From contig JBKBYA010000010.1 of assembly GCA_046313635.1 (NCBI GenBank), positions 1 through 64,000 of the forward strand: a stretch of 64,000 nt of DNA. The letters are read 5' to 3'. A program made the position numbers and the translations under genes. Each line of letters opens with the position of its first letter. The stretch's first letter is position 1. The stretch comes from Pyrinomonadaceae bacterium. GTDB lineage: Bacteria; Acidobacteriota; Blastocatellia; Pyrinomonadales; Pyrinomonadaceae. Positions 39,713-49,438 of this stretch are shown here, in pieces. A model generated the notes under the pieces. The model had not been told where the DNA came from, ran no database searches, and saw only the letters and a program-made list of their open reading frames with translations.

Positions 39713-40891
39713 CTATTTCAAACCCCGGCGTTTCAATTCTTTCAATATCAGATCAAGCTCTCGGCTGACCTGGCCGGCGGTCGCGGTATTCTCCTCGGCA
39801 CGACGTATGAGATACGGCACGGCGTCGTCGACCGGCCCGTAGGGAACGTATTTCGTCACGTTGTAGCCGTGCTTGGCGAGGACGTACGAGAGGTTGTCGC
39901 TCATCCCGTAAAGCTGCGAAAAGTTGATATGAGGATGATCGTTCGGCAGGCCGAGCTGGTTCATCCGCCGGACGAGCAGCTGCGTGCTGTACTCGTTGTG
40001 CGTCGCGTTGACGAATGAGACCTCGTCGACGTGCTTCAGGCAGTATTCGATCGCAGCGTTAAAGTCGGCGTCGGTCGAGGCCTTGTCGTCGTGGATTGGC
40101 GACGGGTAGCCTTTCTCCGCGGCACGCTCGCGTTCTTTTTCCATATAAGCGCCGCGAACGAGCTTCATGCCCAAGATGTATCCCTTGGCCGATGCCTGGC
40201 GTCGCGAGTCGCGGAGAAACTGCAGGCGGTCGGTGCGGTAGAGCTGGACCGTGTTATGCACTATCGCCCGCTCTTGATTGAATCGCTGCATCATCTCGTT
40301 GGCGAGCCGGTCGATGGCGTCCTGTATCCACGAGTCCTCGGCGTCGATGAATATGGGCTGCCCGATCGCCGCGGCGTGTGAGCAGATCTCCTCGACGCGA
40401 TTGTGGATCCGCTCGGCCTTGGCCTGGCTCTTGGCGTCGAGCTTCTTTTTGCAGCTCAGCCGCTCGAGCGTCCCGAGCGGTGCGATGCCCGTGACCTTAA
40501 AGACCGAAAACGGAATATTCGGGTCGTCCTTGGCACGATCGATCGTCCGGATGATCTCGTCCTTGGTCGCGTCGAACGCTTCTTCGGTCGTTTTGCCTTC
40601 GACCGAATAATCGAGAATGGTGCCGATGCCCGATGAAGCGAGCCGCTCGATGACGCGGTCGCATTCGGCGATCGTCTCGCCGCCGCAGAACTGCTCGTAG
40701 ATGGTCGATTTGATCAGGCCCTTGACCGGCAGGCCCATCGAGAGGGCAAATTTTGCGGCACGTGTGCTGAGGGCGTTCAGCGTCGGCGAGTTGAGGATGC
40801 TAAAGAGCCGGTACTTTTCTTTTAATTCGGCGTCCGACTTGTCTGCAAACGCCGTCGCGGTGTCCTGGAAGTCCAGTGTGAAATCCGTCAT
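39713..40891 (-). CDS. Monofunctional proline dehydrogenase
   Basis: QFCGGET, LDYSVEG, IDAEDS, KLVRGAYMEKER, ATHN, QLYGM, KYVPYGPV..YLIRRAEEN. Confidence 0.92.
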   Translation of the reverse strand: MTDFTLDFQDTATAFADKSDAELKEKYRLFSILNSPTLNALSTRAAKFALSMGLPVKGLIKSTIYEQFCGGETIAECDRVIERLASSGIGTILDYSVEGKTTEEAFDATKDEIIRTIDRAKDDPNIPFSVFKVTGIAPLGTLERLSCKKKLDAKSQAKAERIHNRVEEICSHAAAIGQPIFIDAEDSWIQDAIDRLANEMMQRFNQERAIVHNTVQLYRTDRLQFLRDSRRQASAKGYILGMKLVRGAYMEKERERAAEKGYPSPIHDDKASTDADFNAAIEYCLKHVDEVSFVNATHNEYSTQLLVRRMNQLGLPNDHPHINFSQLYGMSDNLSYVLAKHGYNVTKYVPYGPVDDAVPYLIRRAEENTATAGQVSRELDLILKELKRRGLK

Positions 40892-41020
40892 ACAAAGCGG
40901 CCCCGCAGTCCACGGGGCGCGAATGCTCAGATTAAGACATCGCATTTTTTTCCGCAAATTGTGTCTGCCCGGTGATTCACTTATCATTTTTGCTTTGTCG
41001 CGCCGACGCGCAACTCAACT

Positions 41021-42493
41021 ATGAGCAAAGCAATTCCTAAGCGCTCCGAGAATTATTCGGAGTGGTACAACGAGATCGTCAAGCGGGCCGACCTGGCCGA
41101 GAACTCCGCCGTCCGCGGCTGTATGGTGATCAAGCCGTACGGATTTGCCATCTGGGAAAAGATGCAGCGCGCGCTGGACGATATGTTCAAGGCCACGGGC
41201 CACCAGAACGCGTACTTCCCGCTTTTTGTCCCCAAGTCCTTCCTCGAAAAAGAGGAGGAGCACGCCGAGGGCTTTGCCAAGGAATGTGCGGTCGTGACGC
41301 ATTATCGGCTTAAGGCCGACCCGAACGGCAAAGGTCTGATCGTCGACCCGAACGCCCGGCTCGAAGAGGAGCTTATCGTCAGGCCGACGTCCGAAACAGT
41401 GATCTGGAACACATATCGAAACTGGATCCAGTCGTGGCGCGACCTGCCACTGCTGATCAACCAGTGGGCTAACGTCGTTCGATGGGAGATGCGCACGAGG
41501 GTGTTTCTTCGCACCGCGGAATTCCTTTGGCAGGAGGGTCACACCGCGCACGCGACCGAGGCCGAGGCGATCGAGGAGACCGAGCGGATGCTCGGCGTTT
41601 ATGCCGACTTTGCCGAGAATTGGATGGCGATGCCCGTCGTTAAAGGGCTCAAGTCGCCGGCCGAACGATTTGCCGGCGCGGTCGAGACATACTGCATCGA
41701 GGCCCTGATGCAGGACGGCAAGGCGCTGCAGTCGGGGACGTCGCACTTCCTCGGGCAGAATTTTGCCAGGGTGTTTGACGTCAAGTTCGTCAACCGTGAG
41801 AACCAGCTTGAGTATGCTTGGGCGACGAGCTGGGGCGTCTCGACGCGTCTGATGGGCGCGCTGATCATGGCCCATTCCGACGACAACGGTCTCGTGCTGC
41901 CGCCAAAGCTCGCGCCGATAGAGGTCGTGATCGTGCCGATCTACAAGTCGTCCGAGGACCTCGCCGCGATCAGCGAAAAGGTCGCTCCGATCGTCGAGCG
42001 GCTCAAGGCGGCCGGGATCTCGGTCAAGTACGACGACGACGACAAGCAGCGCTCTGGATGGAAGTTTGCCGAGTACGAGCTTCGCGGCGTGCCGGTGCGT
42101 CTCGGCATCGGTATGCGCGACGTCGAGAACGGCACGATCGAGGTCGCCCGCCGCGACACGCTGACAAAAGAGTCGCGGCCGGTCGAGGGCGTCGTCGAGC
42201 ACGTCGTCGAACTGCTCGACGATATTCAAAAGAACATTTATCGAAAGGCGCTCGAGTTCCGCGAGCAGAATACTTTCCGCGTCGATACGTGGGACGAGTT
42301 CAAGGAGCAGATCGAAAAGGGCGGCTTTATCCTCGCTCACTGGGACGGCACGCCCGAGACCGAAGCCAAGATCAAAGAGGAGACAAAAGCCACGATCCGC
42401 TGCATCCCGCTCGACGCGCCGCATGAGGAGGGAGTTGACGTTTATTCGGGCGCACCGTCAACCCGTCGGGTGCTCTTCGCGAGAGCGTACTAG
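41021..42493 (+). CDS. proS: Proline-tRNA ligase (archaeal/eukaryote-like type)
   Basis: [41 protein letters not shown]-terminal FARAY; no INS editing domain. Confidence 0.96.
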   Translation: MSKAIPKRSENYSEWYNEIVKRADLAENSAVRGCMVIKPYGFAIWEKMQRALDDMFKATGHQNAYFPLFVPKSFLEKEEEHAEGFAKECAVVTHYRLKADPNGKGLIVDPNARLEEELIVRPTSETVIWNTYRNWIQSWRDLPLLINQWANVVRWEMRTRVFLRTAEFLWQEGHTAHATEAEAIEETERMLGVYADFAENWMAMPVVKGLKSPAERFAGAVETYCIEALMQDGKALQSGTSHFLGQNFARVFDVKFVNRENQLEYAWATSWGVSTRLMGALIMAHSDDNGLVLPPKLAPIEVVIVPIYKSSEDLAAISEKVAPIVERLKAAGISVKYDDDDKQRSGWKFAEYELRGVPVRLGIGMRDVENGTIEVARRDTLTKESRPVEGVVEHVVELLDDIQKNIYRKALEFREQNTFRVDTWDEFKEQIEKGGFILAHWDGTPETEAKIKEETKATIRCIPLDAPHEEGVDVYSGAPSTRRVLFARAY

Positions 42494-42543
42494 TGGCATT
42501 CTGACCCGCAGAAAAGGCGGAATCGTTAAGCCCGTACAAAGTT

Positions 42544-42578
42544 AGGGCGATACTCACTACTCAGTAAGTATCGCCCTT
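42544..42578. terminator. Hairpin between convergent proS and GNAT genes
   Basis: AGGGCGATACT...AGTATCGCCCT inverted repeat. Confidence 0.6.
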
Positions 42579-42610
42579 ACTCTGTGCGGGCTTCCGCATC
42601 TGCTCGCTTA

Positions 42611-43474
42611 CTAAAAGAGTATCGAGGGCAGGAACGCTCCGCGGGGTTCCTGATAGATGCCGCGTGTCATGAGCGTCATCGGCATTACGATCTGCAGGCC
42701 ATTTTTCAGACACCATCGCATCAGGTCGCTGTTGCGGGTCGGCACGAGTATTCCGGGGCCCGAAAATTCGTCGGCCGAGCCGATCAGTGCCTTGAGATCG
42801 TCGTTCGACTCGCCGACCGCATGGCCAAAAAAGCCTAGCGACGACGCATAGCCGGTTATCCTGCCGTCGCTGACGACCACGCGTGCGGTTCCCTGCGCGA
42901 TGCCGTCCAACGCGTCGGTCGAGCGCACAATGCCGTGGACGCGCCGGCAGAGAGCGTTGACCTCGGGCAGATCTTCTTCGGTCATCGGCCGTACACGACG
43001 CCCTTCGATCGATCGGCGCACCGGGGCTCCCTGCATCACCGACAGCGGCTCGACGCTGTCAAAGCCGAGCTTTGTGTACAGCGCCAGCGAGCGGTTGTGA
43101 TAAGCGGCCTGCACGAGCCTGATCGACGAGAAGCCACGTGTGTCGGAACGCTCGACGACCGCCTCCATCAGCTTTTTTCCGACAGACCCGTTCTGCGAGC
43201 CCGGATCGATCGTGATCGGCCCGACGCCCGAGACGTCGCTGCCCTCCCACAAAAAGTTGCTGCCTACGGTCTGCCCGTCGACCTCGGCGACGACCGAGAA
43301 TACATCGCCGCGTCCGAGGAGCATCCGCATCAGGCCCGTGGCGATCTCGACATTCGGAAAGTCTCGCGGGAAATTGTGCCGGTCGGCGATCGCGGCAAAC
43401 GCCTCAAAGCAGATCCGGCCGAGGACATCGGCGTCCTGCGGTCTTCCATTTCGCAAATTCACGTTCATATTCAC
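42611..43474 (-). CDS. Tandem GNAT-family acetyltransferase
   Basis: VGPITIDPGSQNGSVGKKLM, SLALYTKLGF; second GNAT-like half. Confidence 0.85.
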   Translation of the reverse strand: MNMNVNLRNGRPQDADVLGRICFEAFAAIADRHNFPRDFPNVEIATGLMRMLLGRGDVFSVVAEVDGQTVGSNFLWEGSDVSGVGPITIDPGSQNGSVGKKLMEAVVERSDTRGFSSIRLVQAAYHNRSLALYTKLGFDSVEPLSVMQGAPVRRSIEGRRVRPMTEEDLPEVNALCRRVHGIVRSTDALDGIAQGTARVVVSDGRITGYASSLGFFGHAVGESNDDLKALIGSADEFSGPGILVPTRNSDLMRWCLKNGLQIVMPMTLMTRGIYQEPRGAFLPSILF

Positions 43475-43616
43475 GGCTCCGGTCCGGTCCTCAACTCAGA
43501 ACGCGGCTTCGGTCGACAGATCGTATCGCCGCGATGGAACGTCCGTTGCTGATCTTGGCGGCGGCACAATAGGTGAACGAATTCGGTTCACGAATACGAA
43601 AACAGGAGGAAATCTA

Positions 43617-43733
43617 ATGAACGATCTTTTCAGAGGCTTGATCGCGGGAGCCGCGGCATGGAAGCTCGGGGGCGGTCTGATCTCGACGATCCTGATCTTT
43701 TTGGTGGTGTTCTGGCTGCTGGGCAAGTGCTGA
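43617..43733 (+). CDS. Small membrane protein (38 aa)
   Basis: AGGAGG RBS followed by MNDLFRGLIAGAAAWKLGGGLISTILIFLVVFWLLGKC*. Confidence 0.7.
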   Translation: MNDLFRGLIAGAAAWKLGGGLISTILIFLVVFWLLGKC

Positions 43734-43943
43734 GCGTCTGACGCCCGGATCTTGCGATCACAAGCGGCGCGACCGGTCGGACCGGCTCGCGCCGTTTTTG
43801 CGCTTGGGCGCGGGACCCATGATTTGTCGGCCATTCGGATCGGTGTCGCGTCTAAAAGATCGGCCGAACGCACGACCGGCGTTCCGCAGACTTGCCGTCG
43901 CCCCGGCCATCGAATATTTTTTGAGCGAACGATCGACTGCTCG

Positions 43944-44522
43944 ATGCTGAAAGATCTAACCGACGAAAAACTCGTGGAACTATCGCTCGAGGGCGACGCC
44001 GACGCTTTCGGCGAGGTCGTCCGGCGTTGGGAACGCAAGATCTTTGCACTGTGCTTTGGTATGCTCGGCCGCGAAGAGGACGCCCGCGACGCGGCCCAAG
44101 AGACATTTATCGCGGCGTATAAGGCGCTCGCGAATTTCCGCGGCGAAGCAAAGGTCTCCTCGTGGCTCCATCGCATCGCGGTCAACCAGTGCCTGACGTT
44201 CAAGCGCCGCGCAAAGGTGCGGCCTGAAGACCTGATCGGCGACGACGACGGCGAAAGCGAAAGGGTCTTTGTCGCCCCCGAGGGCAGTTCGCCGCATCGC
44301 TCGAGCGAGAAAGGGCAGGAATTTGCCCTGGTCAGGCAGGCGGTCGGCTCGCTGCCGCTCGATCTGAGACAGGTGGTCGTGATGAAGGAATTTGAGGATA
44401 TGACGTTCCAGGAGATCTCCGATACGCTCGACGTGCCTCTCAGTACTGTAAAGAGCCGCTTGTACACGGCCCTTAAGCAGCTGAGAATGAAGCTCGAGAG
44501 ACTGCCGGTGAGGGCCTCTTAA
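43944..44522 (+). CDS. ECF RNA polymerase sigma factor
   Basis: DAAQETFIAAY, SWLHRIAVN, TFQEISDTLDVPLSTVKSRLY. Confidence 0.93.
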   Translation: MLKDLTDEKLVELSLEGDADAFGEVVRRWERKIFALCFGMLGREEDARDAAQETFIAAYKALANFRGEAKVSSWLHRIAVNQCLTFKRRAKVRPEDLIGDDDGESERVFVAPEGSSPHRSSEKGQEFALVRQAVGSLPLDLRQVVVMKEFEDMTFQEISDTLDVPLSTVKSRLYTALKQLRMKLERLPVRAS

Positions 44523-44528
44523 GGCGAA

Positions 44529-45260
44529 ATGAAGATGCGCGACACGACGATCAAAAGCGAAGGATGCCGCCCGGGCGACGAACTCGTCTCGTACATTTAC
44601 GGCGAGATGCCGGTCGAGCGCCTGAAGAAGTTTGAGGAACACTTGCCGGGGTGCGAGACCTGCATTTCCGAGCTCGCGGCCCTTTCAGAGTCGCGCTTCG
44701 ACATCTATGAGTGGCGCTCGCGAGCATTCGAGCCGCTGCAGACGCCGGTCTTTGATAATCCTGCCTCGAGCGTTAGCGTCGGCCGCGCGGCCGGCTTGCT
44801 CGAGTATCTGTCCGGTGCGTTCGCTTCCTGGTCGACAGGATCGACGATCGCGGCCGGGGCCGCGGCCGCACTGATCGTGGTCGGCATCGCGGGGGCTGCG
44901 CTGCTGGGCAGGGGCATCGAGTCGTTGCCGGCCGACGTCGCCGCTATTGAGGCGGACGATCCGGTCCCTGGACCTTCCACCCCTGTTCTGCAAGGTCCCG
45001 CAGACTCGTCCGAGCCGTCCGCCGCCGTTCGGGCAAACCGTCGAAATTCGCGAAGCTCGGACGAGCGGGCAGCGGCGCGGGAGCCGCGCCGGCCGGCATC
45101 GCCCCCGGCCATCCGGCGAGCGATCGTCGCCGACGCTCCGCGAACGCAGCTCAGCGGGCCCGGCGTGAGAGGCGGCGAACTGCACCTGAACGATTTTGAT
45201 TACGAAGAGGATGCGAGCCTCAGACTCGCCGACCTGTTTGAAGAGGTCGGCTCTCGTTAA
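44529..45260 (+). CDS. Zinc-binding transmembrane anti-sigma factor
   Basis: HLPGCETC (HxxxCxxC) plus a central TM helix; directly downstream of the ECF gene. Confidence 0.82.
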   Translation: MKMRDTTIKSEGCRPGDELVSYIYGEMPVERLKKFEEHLPGCETCISELAALSESRFDIYEWRSRAFEPLQTPVFDNPASSVSVGRAAGLLEYLSGAFASWSTGSTIAAGAAAALIVVGIAGAALLGRGIESLPADVAAIEADDPVPGPSTPVLQGPADSSEPSAAVRANRRNSRSSDERAAAREPRRPASPPAIRRAIVADAPRTQLSGPGVRGGELHLNDFDYEEDASLRLADLFEEVGSR

Positions 45261-45271
45261 CGAGGTATCTT

Positions 45272-45832
45272 ATGCGACACCGAATTTTACTGCGCGGCAT
45301 TTTGACGATCGGGTTCTCTCTGGCGGCGGTCTCGTTCGGCGTTTCACAGGACCGGCCGGCCGGCCCGCCGCCCGTCGATGACGGTCAGCCGCCTGCCGAG
45401 CAGCCTGTGCGTCGTCCAAATCTGTTTCGCGCTCTCGGACTCAGCCCGGAGCAAATGCAGCAGATCAGAAAGATCAATCTCGACCGCCGGCCCGAGATGG
45501 AAGCGGCGGTAAGGCGAATGCGGACCGCCAACCGCGAACTCGACCTGGCGATCTATGCCGACAACGTGGACGAGGCCGGATTTCAAGCTCGTCTCAAGGA
45601 GTTTCAGCTTGCTCAGGCAGAGGTCGCACGCCTGCGCTTTCTAAGCGAACTTCAGATCAGGCGGATCCTCACGCCCGAACAGCTCGTTCGATTTCGCGAA
45701 CTCCGCGCTCGCTTTGGGCAGCGGCCCGGCGGCAGCCTCGACGACCGGCGTCCGGTCGTCGACGGCCGCCGCGCCAGGCCCGGGATGCAAAGGCCCGACC
45801 GGCCGCCGCCGACACCCGCCGACGAACCTTGA
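45272..45832 (+). CDS. Spy/CpxP-family periplasmic protein
   Basis: Signal peptide; LGLSPEQ and ILTPEQ (LTxxQ) motifs. Confidence 0.82.
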   Translation: MRHRILLRGILTIGFSLAAVSFGVSQDRPAGPPPVDDGQPPAEQPVRRPNLFRALGLSPEQMQQIRKINLDRRPEMEAAVRRMRTANRELDLAIYADNVDEAGFQARLKEFQLAQAEVARLRFLSELQIRRILTPEQLVRFRELRARFGQRPGGSLDDRRPVVDGRRARPGMQRPDRPPPTPADEP

Positions 45833-46055
45833 CGGCCCCCGTATAACTTAAAAAATGAGGCGGTCGAAAAGTCGACCCCGACCGAAGCGGAATTGTCGCC
45901 ACCCACTATCAGCTGTTAACGAAAGATCCGATGGATAGTTGACAGCGGATAGTGAACGGTCGCGCCGGTCGAGACTTTTCGCGCGGCCTCTTTGTCGTTT
46001 TTGGCTACTCATTGTAACCTGTAGCAAATATTCAGGTATCCCGCCCGTCGGCCCG

Positions 46056-46826
46056 ATGAATCCTCTAAAAAAACTCATCTTCGAGCTTCAGGAGATCGGA
46101 TTACTCGTCTGGCGAATGCTGGTCGGCCTGCGCCGCGGCCCGCGCTATTTCGGTGAGGTCATACTCCAGATGGACAGGATCGGCGTGGGTTCGCTTGGGA
46201 TCATAATTCTTACAGGTTTTTTTACCGGGGGCGTGCTCATTCTGCAGGCGTATCCGACGCTGGCCTATTACGGAGCGCAGTCGCAGGCGGGCCAGGGCGT
46301 TGCGACGACGCTCGTTAGAGAACTCGGGCCCGTGCTCTGCGCCCTAATGGTCGCGGGCCGCGTCGGTTCGGCGATATCGGCCGAACTCGGATCGATGAAG
46401 GTGTCGCAGCAGATCGACGCGATGCGGGCTCTCGGCACGTCGCCCGTCCGCAAGCTCGTCACGCCGCGTATCGTCGCCCTTGTCATTACGCTACCGCTGC
46501 TGACCGTCGCGGCCGACATCTTTGGGATGATCGGCGGCGGCATCGTCGCCAACCAGCTTTACGGCCTCGACAAAACGACGTATATCTCCTCGGTCAGAGC
46601 CGGCGTGGACATTGACGATATCATCGGCGGCGTGATCAAGCCGATCGTCTTCGGTTTCATCATCGGACTCGTCTCGTGTCATAAAGGACTCAGCACCGGC
46701 GGCGGCACGGTCGGGGTCGGGCGTTCGACCACCAACGCCGTGGTGCTCTCGTCGGTCTGGGTGATCATCACGGACTTCTTTTTGTCAAAGGCGCTCCAGA
46801 CGCTGTTTGACTCGACGATCTTTTAG
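46056..46826 (+). CDS. mlaE: MlaE-family ABC permease
   Basis: RELGPVL..LMVAGRVGSAISAELGSM, QIDAMRALG, GVGRSTTNAVV. Confidence 0.92.
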   Translation: MNPLKKLIFELQEIGLLVWRMLVGLRRGPRYFGEVILQMDRIGVGSLGIIILTGFFTGGVLILQAYPTLAYYGAQSQAGQGVATTLVRELGPVLCALMVAGRVGSAISAELGSMKVSQQIDAMRALGTSPVRKLVTPRIVALVITLPLLTVAADIFGMIGGGIVANQLYGLDKTTYISSVRAGVDIDDIIGGVIKPIVFGFIIGLVSCHKGLSTGGGTVGVGRSTTNAVVLSSVWVIITDFFLSKALQTLFDSTIF

Positions 46827-46841
46827 CGGCAAGCCGGATAA

Positions 46842-47726
46842 ATGGAACTCGATCTTGATCACCAAAGCGAGGCGCAGCCCGAAGGATCGTCACTGGATGT
46901 GCAGGTCGACGACCGCCGGCGCGTCGTCCCGGCCATTGAGTTTCGCGACGTTTATCTCGCCTTCGATGACCAGGTCGTGCTTGACGGCGTAAGCTTTATT
47001 GTCCGGCGCGGCGAGACAAAGATCGTTCTCGGCGGCTCGGGCACGGGCAAGTCGACGATCATCAATCTCATCCTGGGTCTCATCAAGCCTGACGGCGGCC
47101 GCATATTCATCGACGGCGAAGACATCACGGATTTTGATGAGGTCGAGATGATGCGGGTCCGCAAAAAGCTCGGAATGGTCTTTCAGGAAGGCGCGCTTTT
47201 TGACTCGCTCTCGGTTTACGAGAACGTCGCGTACCGGCTGCACGAGGAGGGTATCGACGAGGAGGAGGTCGAGCACGAGGTGCGGCGGATGCTGCGATTC
47301 GTCAATCTCGAGGACGCCATCGACAAGATGCCGTCAGAGCTCTCCGGCGGGATGCGTCGCAGAGTGGGCATCGCCCGAGCGCTTGTCGGCAATCCAAGTA
47401 TCATATTGTTTGACGAGCCGACCGCGGGCCTCGACCCGCCGACGGCACGCACGATATGCGAGCTCGCGATCAAGCTGCGTGACCTCGAGGATGTGTCGTC
47501 GATATTCGTCACGCACGAGATGAACAATCTCGATTACCTCTCGAGCGAGTATGCCGTCGTCGCGCCGGACGGCACGGTCGAGTTCGAGACCGAGGGCGAA
47601 CGACTCTGTCTCTTGAATACCGGCGTGATAATGCTGCGTGACGGCAAGATCATTTTCGACGGACGCGACGAGCAGCTGCGGCGCTCGACAGATCCGTACA
47701 TACGCAGGTTCATTCGCGGAAAATAG
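46842..47726 (+). CDS. mlaF: MlaF-family ABC ATPase
   Basis: [36 protein letters not shown]. Confidence 0.92.
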   Translation: MELDLDHQSEAQPEGSSLDVQVDDRRRVVPAIEFRDVYLAFDDQVVLDGVSFIVRRGETKIVLGGSGTGKSTIINLILGLIKPDGGRIFIDGEDITDFDEVEMMRVRKKLGMVFQEGALFDSLSVYENVAYRLHEEGIDEEEVEHEVRRMLRFVNLEDAIDKMPSELSGGMRRRVGIARALVGNPSIILFDEPTAGLDPPTARTICELAIKLRDLEDVSSIFVTHEMNNLDYLSSEYAVVAPDGTVEFETEGERLCLLNTGVIMLRDGKIIFDGRDEQLRRSTDPYIRRFIRGK

Positions 47727-47732
47727 AGCTAT

Positions 47733-48938
47733 ATGCCGAGAAGCCAAAGCAACCTTACGCTAAGCCAGCTGCGTGTCGGGATCTTTATTTTTATCGCTCT
47801 GCTGGTACTTGGATTTTTGGTCCTGAACTCGAGCGGCGACTTTAATCCGTTCGAAAAGAAATTCAGACTTCGCGCGCGGTTCGTCAGCGCCGACGGGCTG
47901 AATGCGAATGCCGTCGTACAGCTTGCCGGGATCTCGATCGGCAAGGTAGAGGAGGTGAGATTCCTCCCGCCGGACGCTCAGATCAACGAGCGGATCGAGG
48001 CTACTCTGGCCGTCGATCAGGAGCTCGACGGCAAGCCGATCACCGATCTGATAAGGACCGATTCGACCGCGCAGCTCGTACCGACGTCTGTCCTCGGCAA
48101 CGAAAAAATGATCAATATCTCGCCCGGCAGCGGCAAGGCCGCGCCCATCAGCGAGAACGCCATACTCGAGTCGAGCACGCCGATCGGCATCAATCAGCTC
48201 ACCGAGACCGGCAACGATCTGCTCAAGCAGATCAATAAGCTCGCGGTGCCCGCGAACGAGATACTCAACAAGGCCAATCGCGGCGAAGGCACGCTCGGCC
48301 GCATGATCAACGACGAGACGCTGTACCGAAATCTCGACGCGACCGTCAGCGAGACAAGAGAGACAATGACGCGGCTGCAGCGCACGCTCGACAGCGTCAA
48401 CCGCGGCGAGGGCACAGCCGGCAAGTTCCTCAACGATCCGCGGCTGTACGAGAGCCTCAACCGCACGGTCGAGCAGCTCGAGGCGATATCGAACGACATC
48501 CGATCGGGGCGCGGCTCGGCCGGCAAGTTCGTCAGCGACGACGCTCTCTACAACGAAACGCGTGCAGCGGTCGCAGACCTGCGCTCCTCGGCGGCAAAGA
48601 TCAGCAGCATCGCTGACGACTTCAAGGTCATCTCGGGCGATCTTGCCGAAGGCCGCGGCAGCGCCGGCAAGTTTCTGAAGGACGAGCAGCTCTACGAGCA
48701 GGCCCGCGACACTCTCGCGAGATTCAACACGACGGCGGCCAGGCTCGAGACGCTGCTGAGCGACGCCCAGGCCGGCAAGGGCACGATCGGCAAATTGGTC
48801 ACCGACGATTCGCTCTACAACAACATCAATCAGACGGCGGCAAACTTTACGCAGCTCTCCGGCGAGGGCACCAAGCTGATCTACGACTTCAGGCAAAATC
48901 CGAAAAAGTATCTGCGGATCAGGCTGAGTATTTTCTAG
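47733..48938 (+). CDS. mlaD: MCE/MlaD protein with long repeated helical tail
   Basis: N-terminal TM, MCE domain (ADGL...VQLAGISIGKV), five G(E/R/K)G(T/S)xG(K/R)xxxDxxLY repeats. Confidence 0.88.
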   Translation: MPRSQSNLTLSQLRVGIFIFIALLVLGFLVLNSSGDFNPFEKKFRLRARFVSADGLNANAVVQLAGISIGKVEEVRFLPPDAQINERIEATLAVDQELDGKPITDLIRTDSTAQLVPTSVLGNEKMINISPGSGKAAPISENAILESSTPIGINQLTETGNDLLKQINKLAVPANEILNKANRGEGTLGRMINDETLYRNLDATVSETRETMTRLQRTLDSVNRGEGTAGKFLNDPRLYESLNRTVEQLEAISNDIRSGRGSAGKFVSDDALYNETRAAVADLRSSAAKISSIADDFKVISGDLAEGRGSAGKFLKDEQLYEQARDTLARFNTTAARLETLLSDAQAGKGTIGKLVTDDSLYNNINQTAANFTQLSGEGTKLIYDFRQNPKKYLRIRLSIF

Positions 48939-48944
48939 CTCGCC

Positions 48945-49015
48945 TTGACCGGCTGCGGCCGGCTCTGCATAATATTCACGAACGGTGCATATTCACGCTG
49001 AATATGCACCGTTTT
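48945..49015 (+). promoter_or_regulatory. arg operon promoter with ArgR-like half-sites and leader palindrome
   Basis: TTGACC-N17-CATAAT; TGCAT/TGAAT/ATTCA pentamers; 15-bp perfect inverted repeat at 48981-49013. Confidence 0.7.
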
Positions 49016-49023
49016 GGTTTCGT

Positions 49024-49431
49024 ATGAAAGCGCAGCGACACAAGGCCATCGTCGAGCTGGTATCACGCCGCCGTGTCACCCGGCAGGGCGAGATCTCGGC
49101 CGCCCTCGCCAAAAAGGGATTTGAGGTGACGCAGGCGAGCATCTCGCGCGACCTCGAGGAGCTCGGAATCGCGAAGGTCGACGGCCGCTACACGCTGCCG
49201 CAGCGCACATTCGGCCCAAGCGTCGACGATACTCTGACGCTCGTTCCGGCGGGCGATAACCTCCTCGTCGCAAAGTGTCGTCCGGGAATGGCGTCGGCGC
49301 TCGCGGTTAGGATCGACGCCGCAAAGATCAGGGAGATCGTCGGCACGATCGCCGGCGACGACACGATCTTTATAGCCGTCGCGGACGCCGCCGCGCAGCG
49401 GACCGTGATCAAAAAGATACTCGAGCTTTAA
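49024..49431 (+). CDS. argR: Arginine repressor
   Basis: VTQASISRDLEELG, VGTIAGDDTIF. Confidence 0.95.
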   Translation: MKAQRHKAIVELVSRRRVTRQGEISAALAKKGFEVTQASISRDLEELGIAKVDGRYTLPQRTFGPSVDDTLTLVPAGDNLLVAKCRPGMASALAVRIDAAKIREIVGTIAGDDTIFIAVADAAAQRTVIKKILEL

Positions 49432-49438
49432 TAAAGGA

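Noticed and set aside
36161..42424. Long antisense ORFs opposite thiolase (36161-37423) and proS (41015-42424), and similar ones opposite ubiD, mlaD and pgk
   Set aside because: Fully overlap well-supported genes and are explained by high-GC codon bias.
45830..45848. TTGACG...TATAAC upstream of mlaE
   Set aside because: The spacer is only about 7 bp, incompatible with a sigma70 promoter.
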